A DNA stretch of 63,949 nucleotides, filler included, from Perkinsus chesapeaki ATCC PRA-425 (Eukaryota; Protista; Perkinsozoa): NCBI GenBank assembly GCA_013115145.1. It is 10 parts of 10 records of this genome, joined end to end, with 100 filler letters (N's around TTAATTAATTAA, not from the genome) between each part and the next. Parts side by side here need not be neighbours in the genome. Positions count along the whole stretch, not along the records: positions 1 to 6,861 come from JAAPAO010001060.1; positions 6,962 to 34,999 come from JAAPAO010000483.1; 8 more parts are not named here. One strand, given 5' to 3'. The notes under the pieces are model-generated. The model had not been told where the DNA came from. It did no database searches and saw only the letters and a program-made list of their open reading frames with translations. Shown here in pieces: positions 1 to 12,248 of the stretch. The position numbers and the translations under genes are program-made. The stretch's first letter is position 1. Every line of letters starts with the position of its first letter.

Positions 1-1079
1 CAGAATAGCAGGCAAATCGAGAAGGAACTTCTTGCATTGAAAGTGGGCCATAACCTTGCTCCTAAAGAGTCTGGGACTTCTGCTCCATCGGTATGACCGT
101 AAAACTCCCTGCTAGAAGACTGTTTTACTAACGAGTCCCCACAATGTTCTTGCAAAATTGGCAAATTAAAGTCCGGAAACTTCCAACTGCATTTTGAATT
201 ATAGGACGGTCCTACCAGGACCGTTGGTAATTTCATCGGCCGAAATTCAGCCTGATACAATCTTCCTGTATATGATCCGTCCGATCACAGCGGCTCCGGG
301 ATTGGACCACAGTTTATTGTCTCGTGATACAACGGAGAGATAGCTACTGTTGAACAATTTCCTCAGAGTCACGCTGACTCTGCTGACAGTCATCTCAGTC
401 TGTCTCAGTCACCACTCATGAGTTCTATGCTCTCATGATAGCACTCGTTTCCGCAGGCTCGAAGGAAAACAAAGCGTTCTGGACCGGCGAGTGACCCAGG
501 AGACACCTCTATGCACATTGAAAAAACTTCTAAATCTTCCAGCACGTTTATAATAGGAAGGTATCTTTTAACGAAGCCAATAGCTTCTCCTCAAGCACTA
601 AGTTCGCTCAATTTGGCCCTTGTTGTCGCTATGGCGGGCGAGAGAACAGCTACCCTGAAGCACTGGGAGTATGATGACGTTACACTTACTCTCATCACCG
701 TGGCACGGATCTCCTCTGGCCAAGTAAGGATACGTAACACATCGTGTAGACTCGATCAACTTTTCTCTTGACTAAACGAACCTTTCATCATGAGCGCCAA
801 TCGCAGTAATACGTGGTGCATCATTCTTTTAAAGATGGTAACAATATGTAATACACATACTCGAATTCCTTATATATTCCTCCTGATGAAGACTTAGGAA
901 GCAATGCGCTGCTAAGGAAGTCAGTTGCGAGTTAACCACGCGTGTTTCCCGCAGAGTGGCAGTCGAAGTGTGATTTTCCCCAACCTAACTGGTGCGCCAG
1001 TGGTCACCGAATATGTCCGAGCCTTTGACCAGCGTTTTGCCGAGACTGTCCATGGCTCATTATGGGAGTTGACTCTGCA

Positions 1080-1501
1080 GTCGAGGAAACGGGATCCGCC
1101 AGAGTACGATTCTTCACTTCGGTTGTCTGCCGATATTTTTAGGTGGCGCTATCTGGGTGAACCAAACCGAGAAGAGGTCCAAGATGCGGGTATGCTACTC
1201 AACACCTTGAAGAGTCTTCCAGGAAGACCATTCTGTCGTTTCAGGAGGCTACGCATCGCCTATTGTACCTCGATCTCTGAAAAAAGGTTTCTTGAGGACT
1301 TTGCCTGCTGATGCGAAGCATAAATCGCCACTTGAAGAGACAAAAAGTGGTTGGTCCATGTCATCCTGGTTGGGTTTTCTCTCACCCTGTGAAGGTTTTG
1401 TTGTGTTATCATATCAACATTCCCATTTCTCGGGGAGTCAGGGCTCAGTCCAGCGAGTTTGGGTTCAAAGTAGCAAAGACTTTTGCTTGTTAAACGGATA
1501 G
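1080..1501 (+). CDS. 3' exons of a spliced hypothetical gene (boundaries uncertain)
   Basis: Several short GT..AG segments (e.g. gtacgatt...ttttag, gtatgcta...tttcag) separate protein-like stretches ending ...KDFCLLNG* at 1501. No family recognised. Confidence 0.3.
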
Positions 1502-4500
1502 GACTGAAAACGGCCCTTCACACCACACATAGTCCGATTATGTGTCGCACATAATGTGTTGTGAAGTGCCGCAGTGGAAACTAAGTCTTATTGTAATCCC
1601 GTGTTGTGTTATACGATCATGATAATCGTAGGTTTATGAAAACTGTCTCCATACTGCAGCAGGATCCCTGCTACAAATTATAGGCCCTATTATATAGGGT
1701 GTGTGAAAAACTTTCCGTCGGAAGTTTAGCACTTTCTTCCGGTGAAACTTATATAATATAAGTTATATTATTATAATATTATTATATGTTATATATTCCG
1801 ACGCACGAGTTGTGCTCATTCGAGATGTGAAGATGTTCGGGATGTTCGGTAGTATTAATACCCTGATGATAGGCAGCTTTATAGGCAGTCTAACACATAA
1901 TGCTGCATTATCAATGCATACTGTGGGCATCTTTGTATCGTTGCCGCACACTTGATGGGACCCCATCATGGGGTTGACAGCATGTCTCAGACTACCAAGG
2001 ATGCTATGGCTAGCTCCAATGGCAGCATCAGTACTTGTGGAAGTATTGGGGATACTGTACAAAGTTTTTCCACTTGTGTACAAGTTGTACAATACAACAC
2101 TGATGTAGCATCCGTGTTGTACTCCGATCATTTCTACAACATCTTTCGATGCTATCCTCATTCTATAGTAGCACTACTGATGCTGCACGGTGCAGCCTGC
2201 ACCGTTCTTGTGAACTGACTCTAATGGTAGAGCCTCTACCTCCAGAAGGTGCTAGTAACACCGTGTTACCTACTCGATTTCGATGACCCCGAAGAATCGC
2301 CATGAAAGTGATGGAACTTTCATGATGAAAGTTTCATCATGGTCCATGATTCATGGAAGTAGCTGTAGCCGGATGATCCGGCCCGGATCAATTGAACTCA
2401 AGCCCAGGAGTTCCGGTCAGGGGAAAACACGTCGATGCTTCAACCAACCGTACTTCCTAGTAGGAAGTTCCTACTAGGACTATGCCGATTTTGGCTGTAA
2501 ACCGCGGCGCAGAAGACGACACGATCTGGGGCATACGTGCTCTCCGAAACCATAGGCTATGGTCCACAGCTCAGCAAGAGCGTCGACATGAGTAGAACGG
2601 GTGACATCCACCGATACTATCGGTCCGCTAGTAACAGACGAATTGGGTATGGAGACTCACCCGTGGCGAGCCAGCGGCATAACAAAGCGCACATATGCCA
2701 ACTTGACTTAACCACTTGGCTTAGCTCATTTCGCTAAACCGTAAGAGAGGGGGCGAGTAGAACAACGTTGAGCCATAACGGTTAAGGCCTAGGAAGCCCA
2801 GGAAGCCTGGGGGCACGCGCAAGAGAAAGATCCCCCTCTAAGCGCGCCGCTACATAGTAGTCAGAGATATAATAGACAGTGTGATACACTGTGACTCACG
2901 TTTGTGACAGTAGTTGGAGACCTCAACTTGAAGAGCGGTATTTTGCAACCAATGCACATAGTCGAAAACCACCAGGAAAATCCCCTCCGTAAGCAATGAA
3001 ATCCGTCGAACAATGACCGTTAAACAACTTGCTGAAAAGCAGGGTTATTTTCAGTGTCGTCTCTGCGCATATCGTCTGATAAATTATCAGATAATCTATT
3101 CAGTGATTATGTATATCGAGTTTAGTCATGTTAATTGAGTTGTTTCTCAGTCTCTTGACTCTGCTAAATAAGACTTTTCACTACAATTGAGCCATTCTGT
3201 AAACATACAACATGTTACGTATTCCACTCAATAGAAACCAACGTTTGGTTGCCAAACGCTTTTGCAGACAAATATATAGAAGGGAATTGCCAAATTGGCA
3301 ATACCAATGGAAGTACGAGTGGTAAATCAACCACAAAGAAGGAAGGTTATAAAATAAACTCGTGTTCCACTGAATGGTCACACTTGAATAGCATGTTATA
3401 TTGAAATTGTTTGAGTTACTCAAATTGAGTATCTATCATCGTCGTGATGGATTTATCTAGCTCAAATGGCGCCGCCATTAGAGAATGAGCCGCCAAACGG
3501 CATTGCTATAAACTTCAGGATCTTACCGCCGAATACAGTGCCAGCATAGTCTCTATCAACCGCACATACGATATCTTTAAAAATGCCTTTGTCAAATCCA
3601 AGATTATGTACCACTTCGATAATCGAAAATGATACAAATTATAGTACAGACTTAAATACCTATTTTACTGACTGGTAGTTGATAGTCCAAGTAATCATTA
3701 TCGGCGGCGCCGATTCGGCGCGTACATCAAGCATCAGTCTACAAAAAGTTGCAAAACATAATTGATCCGATATTGGAGAACTACCTACAAATATCTTTGT
3801 CCTGCAATCGGCATGCTTAATGGGTTTGAAGCGATCGTCATCTGCTATTGGGACACTGAGATAATCTCAGTGAGATGGTCTTCTGACTCGGAACTTCTGA
3901 GTCAGGAGTTCTGAGGTGTCGGTAACTTGGGAGCACCCGACCATAGTCTTCTTAGCTTTATCCTGGGATTCGAAAGAAGCCGTATCTACTCGGCCAGCAC
4001 AATATATCTCATAGGTTCAAGCTTGTCCGGATGAGTTCTCATATTGTTATGTCGTGTCCCTTTAGCAGTTCGGCGATATATGCACTCACAGTGTAAATCT
4101 TACATCCATCAAGTAGACTAGAAGTGCTTGTGTCAGACTCAGAATTATATTGCAATTCTACCAGCAGATTTGCTCTTTCGAAATCTGAGACAAAGGATGT
4201 GAAAGTTTCTCCACTCGCATTTGCAGAGTGGCCAACATAGCGACAATAACTGCGCTTTTCGCGACGCCGCAGCCAGAAGATCCGAGCCAAATATTGTCAA
4301 TATTATATTGAGAGTATCTGGAACTTCCTTATCATCTTGGCAGCTGTGCAGGAGGTCTGCTGGAGTCCAGCAGCTGGACAGAGTCTGCCCTATCTTCCAA
4401 GTCCGGGCAATGAGTCAGCGATCTTGCCCATTCTTCGCAGTACAAGGGAAATGCACCCACGTAGAGTAAAGCACCCGAGAACTGCATATTTCACTTTTCA

Positions 4501-4601
4501 CTTCTCGTAAATCACGAAAACTTCGCCAGTTATGCGTAAAACGCGAGATGTGTATTACATCCCATGGTGTAATACACGAAGTCATTACGCTTGTCATGTA
4601 T

Positions 4602-4941
4602 TGGAGATGCACCTGAAAATCACGAAAACCTGATTACCGCCTAGTGATTACGGTAATCACTAGGTAACCGCGGAAATGGGGATTCCCGATTCCCGATTTC
4701 CCGATTCGGGAAAAGGAAACCTATTTTACCATATCGCCAAAAACCGCTTCGAAAAACCGCCATATCGTGTAAACCGCAAACCTTATATTATATATCACGA
4801 TACACCACGTTTTTCGCGATATCTAAAATGGTTTTCGCGTTAACCATTTCACGTGATAAACCACACGTATTCAATGCGATTTCCACTGTGGAAACCACGT
4901 GGTAACCGCGATAATCCTAGTGAAAAATTTGTACAACCCTG
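4602..4941. mobile_element. Putative non-autonomous DNA transposon (MITE-like) segment with repeated subterminal motifs
   Basis: Starts with TGGAGATGCACCTG (4602-4615), whose exact reverse complement is at 54553-54566. Both are followed inward by arrays of CACGAAAAC and GGTAACCGCG motifs. No TSD found. Confidence 0.5.
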
Positions 4942-5877
4942 AAATCCAACCCACTACCATCATGTAACAAACCACGGATACTAGCCGACTCACTAATCTT
5001 CCAACCAGATATCTAGGACTGTCCCACAGTATGGAATCCACACGCCTCAAAGTTTGGTCTCGGCTTGTCCATGAACATGCAAAGTCAGCAGCAGGAAGTT
5101 AAAGTACTTCAGTCTTGAGTTTACGGGTTAGATTTGAAGTTCAAATTTTGAACATGCGACTAGTCACTACTAGGGACTCACTAGTAGTGGTTATATTTAG
5201 GGTCTTTCTCTGGGAAGGTTCCTTATAATGAAAATATCCGCTATTGCCAAGCAGGATATGCCGCATACGGATGCGCGTGTCAGATTCTTTCCAACTTTGA
5301 TTTCCCATACTACGAAATTCGTAGTAAGAATGTAGGATGAGTCTGACACAAAGCTTGTCTCCATTGTGTTACGTATGATACTAAAGGCTAGCTAATGCTG
5401 TAATACAGCAGCTGTATACTTAACACTGTATATACAACTTATAATATAAGACTTTGTAAACCAATTGGATCCTTCTACATTCCATGTGTTTTGTTTATTA
5501 TATCGACTGGTATAGGAGTAGCACACGAGTAACTGTTCCAGTTTTTCCTCATTTCACGATTTGGGTTCGCAAAAGTATCGTTGCGTCTCGCATATCCATA
5601 AAATACTTTCATTGCCGGCACTCAGTATGTTGCACTACAATCCTAATAGGAATACACACTCTCTACTACGCGACGTGGTATGACTCCGTGCAAACCGTGG
5701 TGAAGTGTATAACGCGAGCTCCGGTTTTTGAGGCTTTGTAAGCATTTCCCGGACATACACTTGCACACTTATAAATACTTAGCTACACAATGACTGTCCC
5801 CTTAGCTTAGTGTCCAGTTATTTATGTGTTATATTTACTGTTATTGGATAACTATATATCTAACTGTTGTGTTAAAC

Positions 5878-6861
5878 ATGGATCCTAAGAATAAGCCCGA
5901 ACATGGTGCATCATCCGAGACATCAACTACGGTGGTTCTACAAGAAAATCCAGTTAAAAGAATCCGTAATGCCTTATCTTCCGTTCAAGTGAATGATGAG
6001 AAGGATCTGGATAATCAATGGTTACTCTTGCAAAGCCAGTCTACTTATAGACAGCTACTTGCAACTATTGGTATAACATCGAATTCTGTAGCATGGTCAG
6101 GTTTGAACTTCTCAATTGGTGGGAAGGATGTCGGACCCGATCCTGCAGTATTCCATAAGGAGAGCAAATTAGCTCGACATCCCTCAGCGACGAAGGATGA
6201 TTCCTTTGCATCAGAAGATGGTTTCGCAGACTTCGACTATGATGCACTTTGCCAAAAATTGAGCTCAGCAGCATCAAGAATATCAGGTCCCACTTGGCCG
6301 GTTCTATTGGTTGGCCTAGCTGCATACTTACCAGAGACGGTTGTAGATGCCGCATTGAGAGAGAACATTAAAGTTCTCGTTATGAGGAAAGAGAAGAATA
6401 CGAAGGTTGATACAACCTCAAAGTTACTTCTATGGATGAAGATAGGGGAAGAAGCTTCGAAGGATGACTATGATTCAAATACCCTGAATGGTTACTTTAA
6501 AGATTGGTTGGCAACTTTGAAGTCTCTTTATGTTAATTTAACTAAAAAATGGAAGGAATTTGAAGAAGCAGAGTCTCCGAGAGAAAATAATCCTGTATTA
6601 TTAATCGGTAGATGGGCTTCGTTGAGATTCAGGAGATTACCACTAACTACTGTTTTTGGTGAAGAAAGAAGATTGGTTGCACGTTTGGCATCTCTGGGGA
6701 CCAAAGTTAATAGTTCTGATGGTTCTCTAAAAATCCCATTCTCTTTGAGGAGAAGAAATCTAGCACTGATTATACGTTCATGTAAATCAGTGGCCGGAAA
6801 TGTAGGAGTCAATGAGTTGGCTATGAAAATTGAAAAGGAGGCAACTTCTGATACATCCTGT
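5878..6861 (+). mobile_element. Intronless ORF running into a gap; possible retroelement gag-like protein (3'-partial)
   Basis: 328 uninterrupted codons from ATG 5878 (MDPKNKPEHG...) to the gap in an intron-rich genome. Helical/charged composition and contig-end position suggest a repeat. No diagnostic motif seen. Confidence 0.35.
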
Positions 6862-6961
6862 NNNNNNNNNNNNNNNNNNNNNNNNNNNNNNNNNNNNNNN
6901 NNNNNTTAATTAATTAANNNNNNNNNNNNNNNNNNNNNNNNNNNNNNNNNNNNNNNNNNNN
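6862..6961. other. Assembly gap with TTAATTAATTAA linker (others at 35000-35099, 39071-39170, 42403-42502, 54314-54413, 55945-56044, 57777-57876, 61481-61580, 62842-62941)
   Basis: 100-nt N runs with a central six-frame stop linker, identical at all nine sites. Confidence 0.98.
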
Positions 6962-7121
6962 ATTTGCCTTGGGTCACTTGCTGCTTTGACATGGATACCC
7001 AAACCGAAACCTCTTCCCGCTCAACTTTTGGAGTCTGTTCGGGTTCCCGGTTTGAGTATTCCTCCCGCACTCCCGTGTTCGATGGGATTTTCCGTTCGGA
7101 CTAACAAAACCCAAAACACTG
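6962..7121 (-). mobile_element. Possible DNA-transposon terminus
   Basis: Minus strand begins CAGTGTTTTGGGTTT (hAT-like end from recollection) followed by repeated CCCG/AACCG motifs up to the gap. Confidence 0.25.
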
Positions 7122-7252
7122 TACATGACACATGAAAAGTTGCTTCTAAGTGGGAGTAATATTACAAGCCGTTTTAACTCTGATGTTTACATGGCGATAT
7201 AACCCTTGGCAGCGTGCCGGCAGAGGGTTACATTTACAGAAATTCCGCGGAC

Positions 7253-8524
7253 TCAAAATTTACGGACTGTTTCATAAATAGCAACGCACATGACGAATAG
7301 TACTGCGATAATAAGAATAGAGCAGAAGGCTACCAGTACCTTACCTACTGGTGATCCATTCAAGCTTTTCAGTCTGATGTAGCTGATGAGTGGGAGGGCT
7401 AACGATATCTGGATTGTACCGAAGGCACCAAGGAAAGTTACCAACTTGTTAACACTCAAGAATGCAATTCCAACGACACCTTGGAGTATCACTAAACCGC
7501 TTCGACTGGCTAATACTAGGAAAAGGGATACTCGAGCCGATAGCCCCCACTTTCGAGATACAGCAGAGACAAGTCCATCTAGAGCAAGAGCAGTGGGGGA
7601 GAGTAGAACCACGTAATGTGTAGCCACAACAATGATAATGGCGATATTCAATATCCATCCGATCACAGATAACGTTCCTGTTGTCGGGGCAATGGCATCT
7701 GCAATCGTATCGTAAGTGAGCAAGGAATTCCCGAAGGCAAAATAACCCAAGATCATAACTGTACCATATAGCACCACTAAGAATAAGCTTGCTATTGCCG
7801 AAGCAAGCGGGTACCTTAGGGGCTCCTGCATAGCATTCATGATCGTGGGAGCAACAAGGGGATGCGACAAAGGAAAGACATATGTAGCCAGGGATCCTAT
7901 CAGAACCCAAGGATCACTCGTGGCAAGAGTGTAAGGGCCGGGCGACTCCTCAGAGACCAAGTGCTGTATACAAGCCGCAATGATAACGGCAAGTAACACC
8001 AGAGTAGAAGTGACTCCAGCGATCGCCAACAAGCCTACATTCTTAAACTCTTTTACCCAAGATAGTGGAATACCAACAGCTATCCAAATCGCAATCCATG
8101 TTCTCCAATTTAATACCTTTGTCAAGGACAATGAGATGGATGCCTGTAAGACGAGCAAACCTGCGCATACCCCGCTCAAAATGATATGCAAAAGCACACC
8201 GAAATAAATACCGCCGAGAGGGCCGAAAGCAACCAGGCCAAGTGATTCGAAAGTTGGAATTATCGTACCAGGCGGTGAATTGGGCTTTAGGAGCAACGAT
8301 TTCCAAAGGATATAGCCGCCAACGAAGGTCATGATTGCTGCGATAAAGAATAGGCATATACCGACGATAACTCCACACTCGGCTGTTGTTCGTGGAAGAA
8401 CTAGCATACCGATACCAACAACCGACATTGTTATGCTTGAGGCTGCCCTCAGAACTGATATGCCTTGCTTTTCCTGTTCCGCAACCGAGTCGACCTTATA
8501 CTTATCTGCTGATTCAGCACACAT
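7253..8524 (-). CDS. Amino acid transporter (Aa_trans/AAAP family), copy 1, 423 aa, intronless
   Basis: About 11 hydrophobic segments; N-terminal motif SITMSVVGIGMLVLP (TM1 G-x-G-x-L-x-LP) and YVFPLSHP. First ATG at 8524. Confidence 0.92.
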   Translation of the reverse strand: MCAESADKYKVDSVAEQEKQGISVLRAASSITMSVVGIGMLVLPRTTAECGVIVGICLFFIAAIMTFVGGYILWKSLLLKPNSPPGTIIPTFESLGLVAFGPLGGIYFGVLLHIILSGVCAGLLVLQASISLSLTKVLNWRTWIAIWIAVGIPLSWVKEFKNVGLLAIAGVTSTLVLLAVIIAACIQHLVSEESPGPYTLATSDPWVLIGSLATYVFPLSHPLVAPTIMNAMQEPLRYPLASAIASLFLVVLYGTVMILGYFAFGNSLLTYDTIADAIAPTTGTLSVIGWILNIAIIIVVATHYVVLLSPTALALDGLVSAVSRKWGLSARVSLFLVLASRSGLVILQGVVGIAFLSVNKLVTFLGAFGTIQISLALPLISYIRLKSLNGSPVGKVLVAFCSILIIAVLFVMCVAIYETVRKF

Positions 8525-10274
8525 ACGGCTAATCACTGAATCTGTAAAACAGAACCTAGCCTAATGGCGCAGGATTACTTCGTAGGAGATGCTTCGGTAA
8601 ACCGGCGCGCCCGCATATGCGCCGCGCAATACACCTACGCAAGTGCAAGTGTGGGTGGGTTTTAACTTAGAGTATTTAGACTTATGACTCATGAGTAGTG
8701 TGAGCAAAGTAGTGTGTCAGTCCTGAATCAGTCTAACGCTGATCGAGACACTGGTATATTCAGGGGTTTCTCGTATACTACTATTATCATACTACCGTAG
8801 GTTGGACGAAGAGATGTCGTTCTTTGGAAGAGCTAAACAGGCGCCATGTGTCTGAACACCATTTGCCCGCACAAGACGCCGCACAGAATGTGTAGTTGTA
8901 TCGACGTAACAGTCATGGCTTTCCTGAAGCAGCGTTGCCATTGAAGAATCTGCAGTGAAGGTCAACGAACAGTACCGCTGACCGGATGCCACAAGGCTGT
9001 AAGAGACTTGTCTCCCTCGCTGGAGACTCGTCGGCACATGGTGCGTCCTACCCTGTCCCTAATTACACACATAAGCAATTGCATGTTGTATCATTTCCGG
9101 ACCTCTTTAAGGACCTCTGCAATTTCCCAGCCGATGAGACAGGAACCGCTTTGAGCTTCCCGCCGAACTGGAAACATTTCCACGAGTGACGAACCAGTGA
9201 TGGTCAACTTAACGTTAAGGCGTGAGAACAACATTGTTGTTTGCTTATCCGGTCTTGATATTATATATGAAGCTTATGTGGGGTCGCTGCATCCTTATTC
9301 GCTAGGTAAGTAAGCTGTGCAAGCATATATGGCTTATATTATTAGCTCTTTTTGTTTTTTGTCGAGGCGTAGACATAGGGCGAGTGGTGAGGAACAATAG
9401 CTTGCTAAGGCTCGCGTGACATGAGGGCAGCGGCTGCTCCATGGCGTTACGCGGCGCTTACTCCTTGGGGCAGGAGGCGGGTCTTCACTCTAGGTTTCCA
9501 GAGGTGTTAACTACCATGCCTCACCCACAAGGCTCCAAAGGTTCTGATCCCGCTGAAAGTACTCGCGAGATAGTAGCAATCATTGGCGAACAGCAGTGTT
9601 ATCAGAGGATACACTTCTCTCGGAGATGAAAATTCTGCCATCCCAAATCGTTGAATGGCTCTCGCGTGGAAGGATTAACAACTTGCTCTGAGTTAATTGC
9701 CTGAGGAGTTGACAATTCCAGAGTAGGACTGAATACTTCATACGGCCGGCACGGATTTGAGTCGTCACGCGCACGGAAACCGCCGATTTCAGATCGGACA
9801 TTGGTACGCAACTGCGGTAATGCGACGACCACGAAAACGTGTGCTAGATGTTCGTGGGTCTCAATTCGGTACTTCTGAACACAGTCTGCATCCGCTCGTG
9901 ATTGCTAAATACCTGTGAATCCGATGATTCTTGCTTGCGCGACAGCATAGTCTGGTCTGTCAGAGTGTTCGTGAGAGTGTGAGTATATTTGGCAACACTT
10001 GCACTGCTGTGGGGACCGAGACCGGCAGTAACAGTAGCTGTGGCTCCCGCCCTATGACTCGCAGGTTACAACACGAATGAGGCACTCCGAGGCACCGCCA
10101 AGTCCGATGCCTCTTTTTCATCAACGATTATATATCTTTGTAATACTATTTCCACAAGTAGTCACCTTTTGCGTGCAGCCTTACTGTGCTAATACCGAAA
10201 CCAATAGTTTCTGTGTCTGCCTCTACAGGATATTTCACAGTTACTTCCTGTACTTTGTCCCTCTAGCACATTAA

Positions 10275-11347
10275 ATGACGCCCTCTTCGCTCGTGTCCGC
10301 CTGCTCTGCCGCTAGCCTCAGCATCTGTGTGGCTGCCGGCCTCTTAGCCTTAATGAAGCGTAGAGACCATGGAGTACGCCCAATTCGAATAGAAAAGATG
10401 CTGAGCGACGGTCGAGAGCTTATTATACGAGAGGGCAAGGCTGCAGATTCCTATGAAGTTTACAAGATGCTTGAAAAGTTAGTGTTATTCCAAAAGCTAC
10501 CAGGAGATCTCAAGGTGAGCCTTTGGCGAGGTTTTACTTGTCACTGGCGGTAATCGGGTGAGGCCAAACTCCAGAAATCTGCTTAAGATTTATCTCAGCC
10601 AAAGATGGGTAGAAGAGCGGAAGACTTGTGGGAAATTTTCTCTGATCAGCATTGGATTTTCCACTGTGGCTTGCGTCTGTGTAGTCAAGAACTGAATTTC
10701 AATACACTTCGTTATTCTTCAGATCTCTTCGTATGATCTTTACAAAGACTTTATGGCCGGTCGATATCGCACGGCCATCGCGGAGGTGGAGGGCAGTCCT
10801 GTTGGATACGCTTTGTTCTTCCCGAACTATTCAACGTGGGACGGCAAGTAAGGGGGAGGTCACTTCTATCGCCTTAGAATGTTCTGTGCTATCAATCGTA
10901 TCACACAGTCCTCGGAGAATAATCGTTTGGGACAGCAGGGGACAGCACAGATATCTCAATTACGCCGAAATTTACAGACATGCAGGTGGAACGATCGCGC
11001 TACCACCTGGGAGTATACGCCAACGCTGCTGTCTCGGACCTCGGTTAAGAAGGCTTGTCGTGTTCTCTATGCACTCTCCTGCACCCCTACCCCTCAGGTC
11101 GGTCCATTTAGAGGATATTTACGTCGACGAGGGCCTTCGTGGTCAAGGCATTGGTCGGGCGTTGCTTGAATTCGTTGCCAAAATGGCGATGTATCGAGGA
11201 TACAAACGGATGGACTGGTCAGCAGTTGACTGGAACGTAGCGGCTCATGGCTTCTATGAGAAAATGGGAGCAAAGAGAGAGTCTGAGTGGATACCTTTTG
11301 TCCTCGATCAAAATGGTATCGCCTCTTTGGCAACTTCATCAAACTGA
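10275..11347 (+). CDS. GNAT N-acetyltransferase, diamine/spermidine acetyltransferase-like (SAT-type), 204 aa; exons 10275-10514, 10723-10847, 11098-11347
   Basis: Spliced product has VGYALFFPNYSTWDGK-SVHLEDIYVDEGLRGQGIGRALL (acetyl-CoA motif R-x-x-G-x-G) and WSAVDWNVAAHGFYEKMGA. GT-AG introns keep the frame. Confidence 0.88.
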
Positions 11348-11542
11348 GATTTCTCCCTGCCCTTCAACGCTTTGCTTTCAGTACCCTTTGTCAATATTAG
11401 TTCCTTCTTTATACTCTGGATGTATGACATATCCTATACGAGCTCTCAAGTGGAGATTCCAGGAATTGCATTCTGTCGTGGATGTCTCGAGATCAGACGC
11501 ATTTGTATTCCTCTGAGCTGGCTCTCCAGTTGTTGTTACTAA

Positions 11543-12248
11543 ATGACCCAGAGCGGTTCTGTTATCCGCGCATTAGCCGGGTCAGTGGGCCTCTGCGCCA
11601 CAGGCGCTCTGGCATTCTCCTTCTTCCGATACTGGCAGCGACGACACCGTACGCTCGTCATCGAGAAGGAGCTTGAAACGGGGGAGACACTGATCGTCCG
11701 TCCCGGTAGCGAGAAGGATTCCGAAGTCATTCATGGTATGGTGAAGAGACTGGCCGAATTCGAGAGGATGCCGGAAGCTGTCGAGGTCCTTAATGACTGT
11801 CAATCACCCATCCAGCTGAGTATGGTCTTTCAGACTACCCCTCAGACGCTTAGTGAGGACTACAAGGCGAACCAGTATTGGACGGCCATTGCCGAGCTTA
11901 ATGGCCGGCCTGTGGGATTTGCCCTGTTCTTTCCGATCTACTCAACATGGGAGGGCAGGTCGAGTTCTCGGGTCAAGGTAACTCTTTCACCCTATTTTCA
12001 GATCAATCCATCTCGAAGATCTTTATATCCTCGAGGGCGATCGATCGAAGGGTGTAGGGCTCGTCATGCTGCAGTACGTTGCTAAGTTCGCCGAAGCCAG
12101 AGGATGCGCGAGGGTCGAGTGGGCCGCCCTCGATTGGAATGTGAAGGCGCATGATTTTTATGAGAGATTGGGAGCAAATAAAATGCCCGAATGGATCAAG
12201 TTCCGACTGGACCGCCGTGGCATCCAAAAAGTTGCATATTCCTGCTAA
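11543..12248 (+). CDS. GNAT N-acetyltransferase, diamine acetyltransferase-like paralogue, 204 aa; exons 11543-11785, 11834-11958, 12002-12248
   Basis: VGFALFFPIYSTWEGR-SIHLEDLYILEGDRSKGVG and EWAALDWNVKAHDFYERLGA. Same two intron positions and phases and the same 125-nt middle exon as the upstream copy. Confidence 0.9.

Noticed and set aside
2742-2760. Purine run AAGAGAGGGGG as a PPT
   Set aside because: Not followed by TG and no upstream pol motif found.
6906-6917. TTAATTAATTAA repeated at nine sites
   Set aside because: Artificial six-frame-stop linker inside N gaps; ORFs that begin or end in it (e.g. ending LIN or N) are artefacts.
7386-8378. Recurrent short ORFs overlapping each transporter copy
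   Set aside because: Alternative or antisense frames repeated only because the transporter DNA is duplicated.
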